Source: Entomortierella parvispora E1425
Taxonomy: Eukaryota > Fungi > Mortierellomycota
Reading direction: 5' to 3'
Length of the DNA stretch: 64,000 nt
Assembly: GCA_020891255.1 (NCBI GenBank)
Contig: BQFW01000015.1
Coordinates: 1,550,001 to 1,614,000, forward strand
The position numbers were made by a program, and so were the translations under genes. The notes beneath the pieces are model-generated. The model ran no database searches, had not been told where the DNA came from, and saw nothing but the letters and a program-made list of their open reading frames with translations. This document shows, piece by piece, positions 13,464 to 25,100 of this stretch (positions within the stretch are counted from its first letter, which is position 1; every line of letters starts with the position of its first letter).

Positions 13464-13535
13464 TCCCCGATAGTATAGTGGTGAGTATCTCCGCCTGTCA
13501 CGCGGAAGACCCGGGTTCAATTCCCGGTCGAGGAG
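13464..13535 (+). tRNA. tRNA-Asp (anticodon GTC), intronless
   Basis: 72-nt cloverleaf: anticodon stem TCCGC/GCGGA with loop CT-GTC-AC, T arm CCGGG-TTCAATT-CCCGG, G73 discriminator, followed by a T-run Pol III terminator. Confidence 0.97.
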
Positions 13536-13536
13536 C

Positions 13537-13545
13537 TTTTTTTTT
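13537..13545 (+). terminator. RNA polymerase III terminator (T9)
   Basis: Oligo-T immediately after the tRNA 3' end. Confidence 0.85.
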
Positions 13546-15321
13546 GCCGGTGCCAGCAGCAGGCACCTGCTTGTTTTTTTGCCCGGGTCCCCGGGACCGC
13601 AGAGTGCAACTGAACCAAGAAACTTGTCTTTTCGGAAAGGCCAACGATGACAAATTCTCCTGTGGTCGACAATTGTTTTTTTTTTTTCTTGTAAGCAACG
13701 GAAGGAATCGGGCCATTAAAACCTTCCAGAAAGTGCAAGGGACCACCTTGAAACGCGTCGATGGGTCCAAGGCAAGGGACACGCAGAAATGGGAATTACG
13801 CACAGACCGCTCTGCTGACACCCTGTACATCCCTGTGTGCGAATTTTACATCGATAGAGCAAAGACCAAGGTCTGGATTCTGTGGACCCTGCGCCAAAAT
13901 CCAAGAACAGACAGATTCTTGACATCCTCAGTTTCCTCTTTGTCTGAACTCTGGGAATAGCAACATATCCTGGGCATCGAGAAGGGAACCGCTGATCTGC
14001 TCGCATCCATGTCGACGCGTGGCTCTGGCATGTGTCTTTTAGTCTGAAATGACGAAGAGAGGAGGGAGCAAAGGGACCTCCTGGAAAAGAGCAAAGCTGC
14101 AAGAGGTCCCGTGTTGCCTAGCCGGAGTTGCGGTTAAAAAGAAATCAACGACTAGGGCTCAGAATCAAAGGTATCCACGAGAAAGACCATGGACCTTCCC
14201 CTCAATTGTCAAGAGCAACGCGACTCGCTGTCACCGACCCCTTTTTCTGAAATGAGGAAAAGAACATCATGCCTAAAAAGAGGGCTGTAACTCTTTGCAA
14301 AGGCGATCCTCTCTCCGTTTTGCGCATCTGCATGCAATCAACACGCAAAGAGGGAGGATCAGGGAGCAAAAGTGTTGCAGAGCATGCACTTCGTACCATG
14401 CTTGCTTGCACTAGCATCGCAATTGATGTTTGACCGGTTCGCCCATCTCTCATCTCGTTCTCTTTCTGACAGGCAGAAAACATCTCTCCTCCCCCCTTCC
14501 CCCTGTTCCTTGTTCCTTGTTATTTTCTTAATGTACTGCCCTGTCGGGAGTGAGTGTGGTTGCTGTGTTGACCCACCGTCCGAAATGAGCTAGATGGGTG
14601 AATGAGCCATGGGCCTTGTTTGCGACACAAGAGTGTTATGTTCCTTGCATCGGGCTGCATGCCTTGACCATGGCCTCTGTCCCCAATGGTATGACGAAAG
14701 GTCCCAAGGTGGGACGAGGCACAAAGGCCCGCGCTTCAACTTCGATTCATCTCTCTTTCTTTGTCTTTTCTTCCTTGACAACTTTTCTCCAGTTCTCCAG
14801 TGGACGCTTGTTTCCACCCCTCTCCCCTCGTATATTGGATGCCGTAAGTCTACTTTACTCCCTTTCATCTTTATCCGTTCGTCTCCCACTTTCCGTCCCC
14901 TTTTTTCTTTCTTTAACGGTTCAGGAACAAAATCCATCTGCTAATCCCACCATCGCCATATCGGCCACTACCCTCTCTTTCTTTTCCCCCATCCTGTCGC
15001 TCCCTATCTCTCCATCCAAACCATCCAGTTAGCCGCAATGATGATGGCAACGCTTGTTCAGTAGAAATCTGATCTCCAATACGAACAAGACCTTGAGAAG
15101 GTATATCCTGCAAAAGCTGCTCGCTTCAATCCAAAGACCCAAAATGAATCGTATGAGATTGACATGCTGTCGTTTTTTCTGGTGCTGTGCATGGTAGAAT
15201 ACGAGTCCTTTGATCTGGCCCCTCAATCACAAACCGCGACTGCCTCGCCCCTCATCCCCACCCGCCTCTTCTCCTTTGTAAAATCCACCATTCCTTAATC
15301 ACTCCATTCGACTTTTTAATA

Positions 15322-18300
15322 ATGATGACTTCCGCCATTTCATCTTCCCTGCCTTCCCACCCGAGCTCGGGAAGAAAGGGCATGGCAGTTTCTACTCCCA
15401 TCGACATTCCTAGAGCGACAACGACCTCCCACGACTCTCCTCGATCACCTCTTTTTACTTCGCCCTCGAGGCGATCCATGTCTCCAATGGGCGGTTCGGC
15501 CGTTGGAGTAATGAAAAAGTTCCTGAGACGAAAGAATCGCGACAACATCAACGATGACATCCATGACGATGACTTGGCTCTTTTTCAGCCCACCGCCACC
15601 ACCATTTCCCTCACTTCTTCCTCTGTATCTATGATGCAGTCCTTTGTCCTAGTTGGTGGATACGGTGCCGAACCTGGATCGACTGTTATTCTCGACAACA
15701 TCAGCAATGGCAGTGATGGTAGTCTCGATAGCCACTATGGCGACATGACAGATGTCATGGTGGGGATCGCCAAAACTGCGACCGTATCTACCGCTGCATC
15801 CACCACCCTTACGACCCACAGCCCCGGCTCAAGCTCGTCCAACTTCTTTGGACGTTTCAGTAAAGACAGGTCCTCGATCAATGGCCACAGCGATCTAGGC
15901 ATTCCTGGATCGAGCTCTCGCAAGGGACGCTCCCGCCACCTACCAGGGACTGAGAATGGGGACGGTCATGGATCTTTGACTGGAAGCTATGGCAGTAGCG
16001 GCAGTGGCCTTTTGGCAGCCACTGCTGCATCCATGCGCCGCAAGCTTAACAGACGATCTCTGTCCGCCGACAGCGCACCAACTGCACAACACCTTCAACA
16101 ACAAGAGCAGCGCACTCGAAAGCCAAACAAATCACGACCAGTGGACAGGAGCACAGGGATGGTGACAACACGATCTTTTGAGGTCTTGAGCGATCTGGAC
16201 AGTAAGAAAGGCATCCAGAGCCCAAAAGAGAAGGCCAGTGACGATTCGGGCGATAACAGCTTCATTACCGACTCCTCGTGGTCCTTGGACAGCCCGCTAG
16301 GCTCGCAAAATTTTGGTTCGTCTTACAATATCAGCCCAGATGGCCAGATCTTGGACACCACGGACAAACCCAAGCTCGACCCTCTACAGAAGCAAAAGGC
16401 GTCTACGGAAAAGGCTCCTCGCAGATCCATCGACAATGGATATTCGTCTCATAAGCAACGCATCCCCATCGGCGATGCTTGGGCATCGTCTCTTAATATG
16501 ATCGCCTCCATGCAAACCCATATCGACCCTGTCTCTGAAGAACCCATGGAAGTTGCCGCCCAACATGGTTCTCGCGTGAGGCCAGCTCGCCGCCAGAGTG
16601 AATCCGGCCTGGATCGACTTGAGAAGGTTGGGGACAGCGACAACTTTGTCCTTGTAGCAGAGACATCCTCGCCTACTCAATTTTACGACGCATCCCATAC
16701 TCGCGATGTTCTTCGAAAGTACCTGTCAGTCAAGAGCAGTGGCGATCTATTTGATGAGATGATCGAGTGTGGCTTTCCTTCAGATGGACTTGAGAGTCAG
16801 GACAACAACAACGATGTTCAGGGAGGCGAGGACGCTGGGCCAAAACCACTGGCGTCTGACGAATTGCCAAGCAACAAAGATGATGATGCCGACCAATCTT
16901 CACGCTCCCCAAACTGTCGGTACATGACCTTGAGAATTACACTTACTCCATGGCATGCCAGAGCTGATGAGTGCCAGCTCTATGGACCTGCAAGCGTGTC
17001 CGGTCGACTTCAACTCAAAACCAGAGTGAACAGGTTCTTTTCCCGATCCTCGAATCTCTCGAGCACCTCTTTGCAATCGAGCTTGATAAAGTATCCATCC
17101 TCAGTCTCTCTTCACTCGGCGCCTTTGCCCACTCGCAGTATTTCCTCAGTCCTTCTCTCGGCTGCCAATGACAGGCCGGATGTGGAAACAGAGTCGACCA
17201 AGCCAGAGAACCTTGACAAGATCCAAACGTTGACTTCTCGATCTATGTCAGTAGCCGAGCTACGAGAGATGGCCATGCAATCCACACCAACCAGCCCAAC
17301 AACCCCGACTTCTCCCATTACACCTTCTTCAGCACCGCCAAGCCGTCCTAGCAGCAGGGCAGCAGCCATGAATCCAAAGAAGAGTACCAGGAACTCTCCA
17401 ACGCCACCCCTTTCCTATCGTATCAAGGCCGACCACCAGAGGGATACCGTCAACAGCCGAATCTTGTCGCCACCACCCCTAACCACAACTTTTGCTCGCT
17501 CTCTTCGGTCGCCCTCCCCACTGACCATTAGAGATCAGAGCGATAACCAGAGCCAGAGCCCCCCAAGGAAAGGATCGTTGTCTGCATTATCACTACCAAT
17601 GTACAACGTGGAAACTGGTACACCTCTTTCACCGGAGGTAGCTTCGCCTCCCCCTCGTCGAAAGGGCTCAACGCCTGCCATCTTTTTCTCTCCTGCCGCC
17701 GCAGCGGCAGCAGCAGCTGCGACGGCCGCTCCAGTCTTTATTGCCGATGGCGAGGCAAAGCTGCCATTGCCCTCAGGGACTTCAGCTCGTAGATCCATGA
17801 CGATCAATGTGCCTTCTGCTCAAGCAGGGAGCCATCTTCCTCGGGCAATAAGTCCACGGTACCCTTTCCCAGAGCACTACCGCAACCAGGAGCGACTCCA
17901 AAATGCTCATCAGTATCGTCAAAAGGTGACATCGCCCACACTTCCTCCTCGAAAGAAGTCTGATCAAACCGACGACAGTATCCATCCCATGGCAAGGGTG
18001 AACGCGGCAGAGGTACACTCAGGGCTGAATGAGGGTCAGCATGGTTATTATGGTTGTTATGGATATGGATCCCTGTCCACACCAAACACTCCATTGGCCA
18101 CCTCGACCGCTTTCACAGGCCAAGGTGAACCTTGGTCGCCAACTTTTTCGGCATCGAAGGGTCAGTACCCTCGATCTGGTTCCATCGGGAGCGGGTTGGC
18201 TAGTGGACCTGTAGTACCAAGGGAGCAAGGACGAATTAGACGAGCTATCTCCAAGGATGATTACCTCTATCAGCAGCAACACCACCAAGAAATCTTGCGC

Positions 18301-19131
18301 GATGCCGAAAATGTTACTGGACTAGAGAACACCTACAGGTCTGGAGCTCAGGAATGGGCAGTGCCGTCTCTTGGCTCCCATTCTCAGAACAGAAGACCTT
18401 CTCATCAGGTGGATGGCACTTTCTACGCCCCACGAACAACCGCTTCATCCCCCATGGCGACGCAGCCTCTGGCCAAACAGCCAAGGGACCCTCGGCGCCC
18501 ATCATCCAGGTCCAATGTACGGGATACTGCATCTGCAGCCCCCTCGCCATCACCTTCGCCTCTCCTGAGCCCACAGCAACAACAGCACCGACAAGGCACC
18601 AGACTCTTTGAAGGAGAAGACGAACGAAGAGTTCAGCGTCAACAGAGTCAAGACTTTCCCTCGGCTATGAAGTTGCCTCCAGCACTCACGGCCAAAAGTG
18701 CATACCGTCAGCGACAAGGATCTACTCAGTCGAATGCCTCTTCCACCGCGACACTTTCCAACGACAACACCAGCATCAATGTCCCCAAGAGCAACTACTC
18801 TCCCCTTAATGAGACCATGAAAACGAGTAATGAGCATGACCGTTATGAAGGCGTGGAGGATTTTGGCCCCGCAGAGTACGATACCAGCATTGACCCTGAC
18901 CTGAGCTTTGGCAGCGTCCTGTCCACAGTTTCAATGCCAGAAGAGACTGAGGACAGAGGCTTTGTTGGGGGCCTGCAGCAGGGAGAAGAGACGGATTCAT
19001 ACCCGCTCCCTAGACCACGTCCTCGCCGTGGGCCATCCGAGCATAGGGACGCCGAAGCACGCAAGGGAGGATGCTGGCGTCCGATCGAGAGCCATCAAGC
19101 AGCGGCCATGACAACCTTTGCGTTTCCTTAG
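15322..19131 (+). CDS. 1269-aa Ser/Pro-rich, mostly disordered hypothetical protein with a short conserved-looking core
   Basis: Uninterrupted ORF. The core DVLRKYLS...FDEMIECGFPS...RYMTLRITLTPWHARADECQLYG stands out from the low-complexity flanks. Confidence 0.85.
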   Translation: MMTSAISSSLPSHPSSGRKGMAVSTPIDIPRATTTSHDSPRSPLFTSPSRRSMSPMGGSAVGVMKKFLRRKNRDNINDDIHDDDLALFQPTATTISLTSSSVSMMQSFVLVGGYGAEPGSTVILDNISNGSDGSLDSHYGDMTDVMVGIAKTATVSTAASTTLTTHSPGSSSSNFFGRFSKDRSSINGHSDLGIPGSSSRKGRSRHLPGTENGDGHGSLTGSYGSSGSGLLAATAASMRRKLNRRSLSADSAPTAQHLQQQEQRTRKPNKSRPVDRSTGMVTTRSFEVLSDLDSKKGIQSPKEKASDDSGDNSFITDSSWSLDSPLGSQNFGSSYNISPDGQILDTTDKPKLDPLQKQKASTEKAPRRSIDNGYSSHKQRIPIGDAWASSLNMIASMQTHIDPVSEEPMEVAAQHGSRVRPARRQSESGLDRLEKVGDSDNFVLVAETSSPTQFYDASHTRDVLRKYLSVKSSGDLFDEMIECGFPSDGLESQDNNNDVQGGEDAGPKPLASDELPSNKDDDADQSSRSPNCRYMTLRITLTPWHARADECQLYGPASVSGRLQLKTRVNRFFSRSSNLSSTSLQSSLIKYPSSVSLHSAPLPTRSISSVLLSAANDRPDVETESTKPENLDKIQTLTSRSMSVAELREMAMQSTPTSPTTPTSPITPSSAPPSRPSSRAAAMNPKKSTRNSPTPPLSYRIKADHQRDTVNSRILSPPPLTTTFARSLRSPSPLTIRDQSDNQSQSPPRKGSLSALSLPMYNVETGTPLSPEVASPPPRRKGSTPAIFFSPAAAAAAAAATAAPVFIADGEAKLPLPSGTSARRSMTINVPSAQAGSHLPRAISPRYPFPEHYRNQERLQNAHQYRQKVTSPTLPPRKKSDQTDDSIHPMARVNAAEVHSGLNEGQHGYYGCYGYGSLSTPNTPLATSTAFTGQGEPWSPTFSASKGQYPRSGSIGSGLASGPVVPREQGRIRRAISKDDYLYQQQHHQEILRDAENVTGLENTYRSGAQEWAVPSLGSHSQNRRPSHQVDGTFYAPRTTASSPMATQPLAKQPRDPRRPSSRSNVRDTASAAPSPSPSPLLSPQQQQHRQGTRLFEGEDERRVQRQQSQDFPSAMKLPPALTAKSAYRQRQGSTQSNASSTATLSNDNTSINVPKSNYSPLNETMKTSNEHDRYEGVEDFGPAEYDTSIDPDLSFGSVLSTVSMPEETEDRGFVGGLQQGEETDSYPLPRPRPRRGPSEHRDAEARKGGCWRPIESHQAAAMTTFAFP

Positions 19132-19269
19132 GCAACCCAAGCCCCCCTTATTAATACCCTCCCTTTACCCGTATACCTTATATATATATATATTCTTCTA
19201 CAGCAATATGAAGTCGGTCTGAAAGCTCACTGTACATAAATATATTCAAGACCGCAACGGTTTTATTCG

Positions 19270-21484
19270 TCATACACGTCTCTTGACTTCATACTCAAAC
19301 CGCGGGTCTCGATCTTGCACCTTTTTCTCACAACGCGCTCTCATGGCCACTTGTCGAACATACGCCACTAGACAGACCCAGCTGTACATCTGGGCCACGA
19401 GCACGACAATAAACACGCTGAGCCAGATCCAGGGGTTGACCAACCACTCGTCCGAAGGAAACAAGGGTCCTGCGGGTTTCAACAACGATTGAAAAGAGAG
19501 GAGCGGCGAGGGTTGAGCCTGGGAGGGGTTGGAGGTTCCGACATCGTCCTCTTCAGAGAATGGAGGAAGACGCATGTGGTCCCATTGTCCTGTTTGGTCC
19601 TTGTTTAGTTTTAACCAGTAAAGCATGGATGCCGAGGTGAGGAGAGAAACGAGCAGAAAGAGGAAATGAAAGATCCTGAAGAGGATGGACGTCAATGGAG
19701 AGGTGCGTGTTGCCCTGAGGCTGGTCAAGGCCCAGACCAAGAGCCCAAAGAGCGCGACAGCAGCCGATACAAGAAAGAATAGGGTGAACAGCGTGGCTGG
19801 AAGGGAAATCGAAGGGGAGGCTAAGAATGGGTGGTATCCACTGGCCTGGTAGACAAAGATACCAAGGACGACATTGTATGTGAACATGAATATGCAAATT
19901 AGAAGAGCCATAAGGCCAAGAGGAATAGGCCCGCTATTTGGCAATAGGAGAGTATGTGCTTTTAGTTGCGGTGGTCATCATGGGTAGCAAGCCTTGAAAA
20001 AGATCTCAGTTGTGTTACCTTGGGTTCAAGTTTCCTGATTTCTTCTTAGTGTCCTTGTTGACGTCCTTGGCATCATTGCTGTCACCCCCCTGCGAGTCTC
20101 GGGTCGGCCAAAGTTCTGTCAATGTGGACTCGGAGCCATTGAGCGTCCAACTGTCACTCAACATCGTATCCCTTCTCCCTCGGACGGATGCATCGAGGAA
20201 GGAGTTCCTCGTCGTAGCCAACGCGGGCCGCTGTAGCTGATCCTGTCTCTGGGGATCAAAGAGTGCAGGGAGCTGCCTCTGCTCCCCTCCAGAGGCACCC
20301 GCGGCGTTGTCTCTCGAGCCACCCTGACCAAAGACTCGAGTTGCAAAAGAAATCCTCTTTGATCTGGACGAAAGAGTAGGCGGCAGCGATCGATGATGTT
20401 GTTGACGTTGCAGATCCTCCCATTGTTGTTGCTGAAGAGAAAAAGTCCATTTCTGTGACCAAGCTCGATCCAAAGGCTTGATCGACGGTTGTGGCTGGTG
20501 TTGTGAGGGCTGATGTTCAGTTCCCAATAGGGGTAGCACGGATGAGGGAGATGGCATGGATCGATGTCGCCCATGGGAGCTGTTGGCCGAAGCAAGAGAG
20601 GTACGATGAACTGGCTGGAGCAAAGAGGATCGTTTCAGCATCTGTTCCTGACGCGTTTGTCTTTCCAGTCGTTCTTGACGGGCTGCGTGCTCTGTCCAAA
20701 TGGCTGCTGGCGTTGCAGAGGAGGTAGCTGTTGTGGATGCGCTATTGTTGTGAAGCATGGGCGATTGAGGTGACCGAGCGCGTGTTGATGTCGGCGTGGT
20801 GGGACTGGAAAGTGGCGAAGACCGACTGCGCCGATCCTGGTGTGATGGCTGCTGCTGAGGTCCACTTCCCTGAGCCATTGCCTTCAACTCACTGGCTGAG
20901 CCCTGAGTACGCAGTGGGTGAGCCTCTTCTCGAGACTGATCCTCCTGTTGGCGAAGATAAGTAGCTACGAAAGGAGATACTGAGCGAGCTTCAGGGGACG
21001 GTGGTTGTTCTTGCTGTTGTTCAAAGTAGGGAAGAAAGGGAACTGAACTGGTGGACGTGGGAGAATAGGGCGATGGAGGGTGGACAATTAACAAGGATGG
21101 TGGCTCAAGTTTAAAAGTCTCATCATCCAAAACCGCCTCAGCTGAAGTTGTCGCCATGGCTGCCGTCAAAGTTGTGGAGGCAGGGCGCATTGCAGAGCTG
21201 GCCTCTTCATACCCTCTTTGAGCTTCAAGTGACACAGTTGAGGAAGTGGAGTATGGCGAGGGGATGGAGGGGAGGGGTGGCAGCCGTGATGGTACATATT
21301 CTGTCCTTGGGATGTAAAGCCTTCCTGGAGGGGATGTCGACCGTTCTTTCATTCGGCGAGCGTTCGCAGGATTGAGATTGGCTTGTGCTGCAAGCAAGGT
21401 TTGAGTTCGGAGCAATTGGGCAAGATACTCTCGATCCTCAACTTCTTTGTGGGTTTCGGATCTGTTGAGGGGGCGGGTGTCCAT
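19270..21484 (-). CDS. Hypothetical membrane protein: long disordered N-terminus plus four C-terminal TM helices; intron 19934-20018 joins two ORF-track ORFs
   Basis: Donor AG|GTAACA and acceptor AATAG|C give NPS-GPIPLGL in frame. Four hydrophobic stretches lie in the 19270-19933 exon. Confidence 0.75.
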
Positions 21485-22162
21485 GATGTTCAGTTCTGTG
21501 GAAAGAAGTTACACTCTGAAGGATTCTTTGAGGGGCGGGGAAGGGACGCGGTGAAAGACAAAAGATGGCAAACAAGCGAGGGGGGTGCTGTGTCTTTATG
21601 AGAAGTCCCCGACGGCACACGAATTGACGGAACAAAGAAAAAGAAAAAGATGAAAGAGTGAGGTTCGCGTCAATGGCGTAAGGGTGAAAAGATTTTTTCT
21701 TTTTATATCGTCCCTAGTAAAAAAAATAGAATCTTGGGCTGAGGTTGGCCATGACCATTGTCAACAAGCAGTACGGAGAATGAAGCGCGTCAAAGGGTTG
21801 TCGCCCTGAACCAAACGCCAAAAGGAAAAGGTGGGCACGTTGTGATCACTTTTGTACAAAAATAGAGAAAGGCGTGGGCGATGCAGCTGGTACAAACAAA
21901 CATACACAAACACAAAACAGAAGGACAGACGCTTAACTTTCCGGAGGCAGTGAATGGCCACAACTAGTACCCAGCCTTTCGCTTTGTTCTCCTCTGTTCT
22001 CCTTTGAAAGAGATGCACGGTACTCTGGGCTTAGGGGCACTTATCTGTTATACATGTTTGTTGTTTTTCAAGTATTGTTACATATCTATGGCTGAGGACT
22101 TGAGTATGGATCGCCAGACACGCATGAGAGACATTCCAGGGGAGAGGTTCAAGATCGAGCCA

Positions 22163-25100
22163 TCAAAGATAATGGATCGACAGACCTTTTGCGGCAAAGT
22201 TAAGCCCAACGCGGACCTCGGCCTTCACCTTCTTTTTCCTCACCTCCAGCGGTCCAGGCTGTCCTTGGGCGCTGTCCTTTGATGTTCGGTCCTCCTCAAC
22301 GTTATCCTCATCGGACTCGGAGTTTGCGTTATTCAGCTGCCTCATGATCTGGACCCATTGATCTCGACACTTCCAAAAATCGGCCTCATCTCCACTAGTC
22401 ATCCATTTGTCAGCGGGTACCTCAGCAAAGACCTGATTTCCTAGCTCCATCTGACATCGGACCTGAATCATCTCCATCGAAAGACTCGCTCCCAGTCTCG
22501 AGATGTTTGTTCTGTCTGTCAGAGTGATCTCAAAGGGTGGGTAGTACCATTCCAGAGTGCTGGTCTGTCGCCGCTGAGGGTCCAGATGACAGTGCGGACA
22601 AAAGAGGATGCTCGGATTCTGAGGTGAGGCCACAGCAGGTGATGAGCAGCCTTTGCAGTAGCATTGGATGAAACTGAACATGGCCTCCTGGTCGTTGTCA
22701 TCAACGTTGTAATTGCTCGTCAAGTTGTAAAAGCGCACGGCAAAGATAGTGGCCTCTTCTACAAGGGCATCACCTACACGAAGAAGTAGCAGCGTTAGGG
22801 TGGAAATTTATTATAGATAGGCTGGTATCCATTCACGGAGTTTCATGTCCTTACCCATGAACTGGTGTTCCCGCAGGGATCGAATGGATCGGAACCGCTT
22901 CAATTCGATTTGTTTGATTGAGTTCCCCCATGCGTTCTCGGACAGAGAAGCCGGGTCTCTTGCCCCATCCAAAGAAACTAATAAAGGTGGGACAGGAATG
23001 TCGTTAAAACGCTGGTTCATAGTGTCCACGAGTTTCTCCCCCCGCTGTCCGTCTATCCTTGAACCTACACACTACCGTGCCGTCATTTAGCTTGGTGAAT
23101 TTTCCAAAGAAGTTCATCAATTTTCCTGGCACGATCTTGGTTATCCACATCGGGGCATTAGAGGTACTATGTCCATGGTGCTGAAGCCCGTTAGTTTGTA
23201 TACAAGTCAACAAGGAAGCATTGGCTGTCATAGTTAAGAGCATACCTTTGTACTTTGACAAACCGTCCATTCGCCATCACTGCTCCAATTTCCCATCCGG
23301 CGCTGTCATCATTTGGGGCAATGAGCATTCGGTACACTACACTTGCGCGGATAGAAGCTCCAGACGCAACAAGCGGAAGGATACTGCCTTTGGCTGTAGG
23401 AGGTCGAGCAATCGAGGTGGATGGAGTGGTAACTGGTCCTGGCGTAGACTTGACGATCACTGATGCCGTCGTACCTGGCCCAATCTGTTGAAATCCCTGT
23501 TCCTGAGGGTGCTGCGGTGGGCTGAAAAGTGACATGGAGGGGGACAGGTAGCAAGATGGTGCTCTGGCAATACCCTTGTCTGGGTCCAGTAGATCTAGGG
23601 CTAAAACTCGCCGCTTCTCCATGAACACTTGGACAGTCGATTCGATGGTCGTGGCGGCAGGGTCATCCCGATTATCTTTAGAGCCTTTGTACCGAGACAT
23701 GACTGAGCCATCCAGTCTAGTCATCCTGGACCAAGAGCTGGAATTACCGGATATCTTGTTTCTGTACTCCTTCATCTGCAGATCTGAAAAAAAGATGGAG
23801 AGACAGACATTTCAGTGAAAGGATAGGGACGAGCATTTCTTTTCAGAAAATAAATCCACTAGATAAATACCTGTAAATAAGACAGCATCTCCTGGCTTGA
23901 AAAGATAAATCCAGTCGGCCTTTTCCCTCCAGAGGACAACCTTAAAGGACGTCGTGCTTTGATCGCAGACCGAGACCAGGACCTTCTGGAAGCTGCGACT
24001 ACTATTGCTTGTATAAGCCTTGGCAGCAATAACCTCCATGGGTTCAATGGCCATGACCAATGCGAAAATATGATAGCGACCTTCCTTCACAGGCGCCCAC
24101 TTGATTTGATCAATAGGCGTCAATTTTGGGGCGTACTCGAGGATATCTTCCGGAATGGGGATTCTATCCTTGTCGGAGATGGGCTCAGAATGGATGGGCG
24201 CTGGTTTTTCAGTTGACGCAGGTGAGGTCGATGTTGCTGGTGGAGGCGGCGGAAGAATTAAAGGTGGCGAAGTAGACTCTGAAGAAGAAGACTGTTTCAA
24301 AGTGCGTCTCATGGCATAGACCTCTGACAAAAGCTCCTGTTTTTTGCGTTCCTTCTCCCGTCTTTGCTTTTCCTGATCTTCCCGTCCACTTTGTTTTTCG
24401 TGGCCTGTTGATAATAGTTCCGTTCGGGCCACAGGCAAGGGATGATCATCCACCAAGGGTATATCGCGGCCTATTACAGGAATGATGGGCGATGTGTCGT
24501 CATACTCTGTGCTTGCACTCCCTGGGGTCTGGGACTGAGGCGGACGTGTTGTAACTTTCTCCGGCTTGCTCCCTTCCCTGTCCTGCTCCTGTTTAACGTG
24601 ATTCCATTTTGGAGATTCGCGATGACCGCTCAATGAATCGGTTGCTTTCCGCTTCTCAGAAGTATTGCCGCCTACCCCTTGATCTGCCCTAACACGCGAG
24701 TTGTTCGATTCATTATATCTCGTCCTTGTTTCTACCCTTTGCTCATCCTTGATCTCGTTTGTGGGGTGATGTGCTTTCGGGCCAGAAGGAGATACTTTTT
24801 GGTGTCCTGGAGCAAAAGTAGGGAGCCTGAATGACCTCGCAATATCTGTCAGTCTCAACTTGGGTACTGAAACTGTCACTACCGCATTCGCCATCGTCGT
24901 CGTCTTCAACGTCGCAATATGTGTAGCAAGCCGTCCCGAATTAGTCCTTTGCCTTAAGGGCGGAAGAACTGTTGTAGAGGAATACGTTTCAGTCGGCGGA
25001 GGGGGTATCGAAGTAGTAGAATTGGTAGAGGTGGTAGTTGTCGAAGAGGATGCAGGGGATACTGCTGCAAATATCCGAGAGAGTTCGCTCACAGGACGTA

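Noticed and set aside
13457-13960. 167-aa ORF overlapping the tRNA
   Set aside because: It starts inside the tRNA gene and crosses its terminator. There is no recognisable homology in the remainder.
15038-15076. ATGATGA...CTGA as a box C/D snoRNA
   Set aside because: Only ~39 nt long, with no terminal stem or rRNA-complementary guide recognised.
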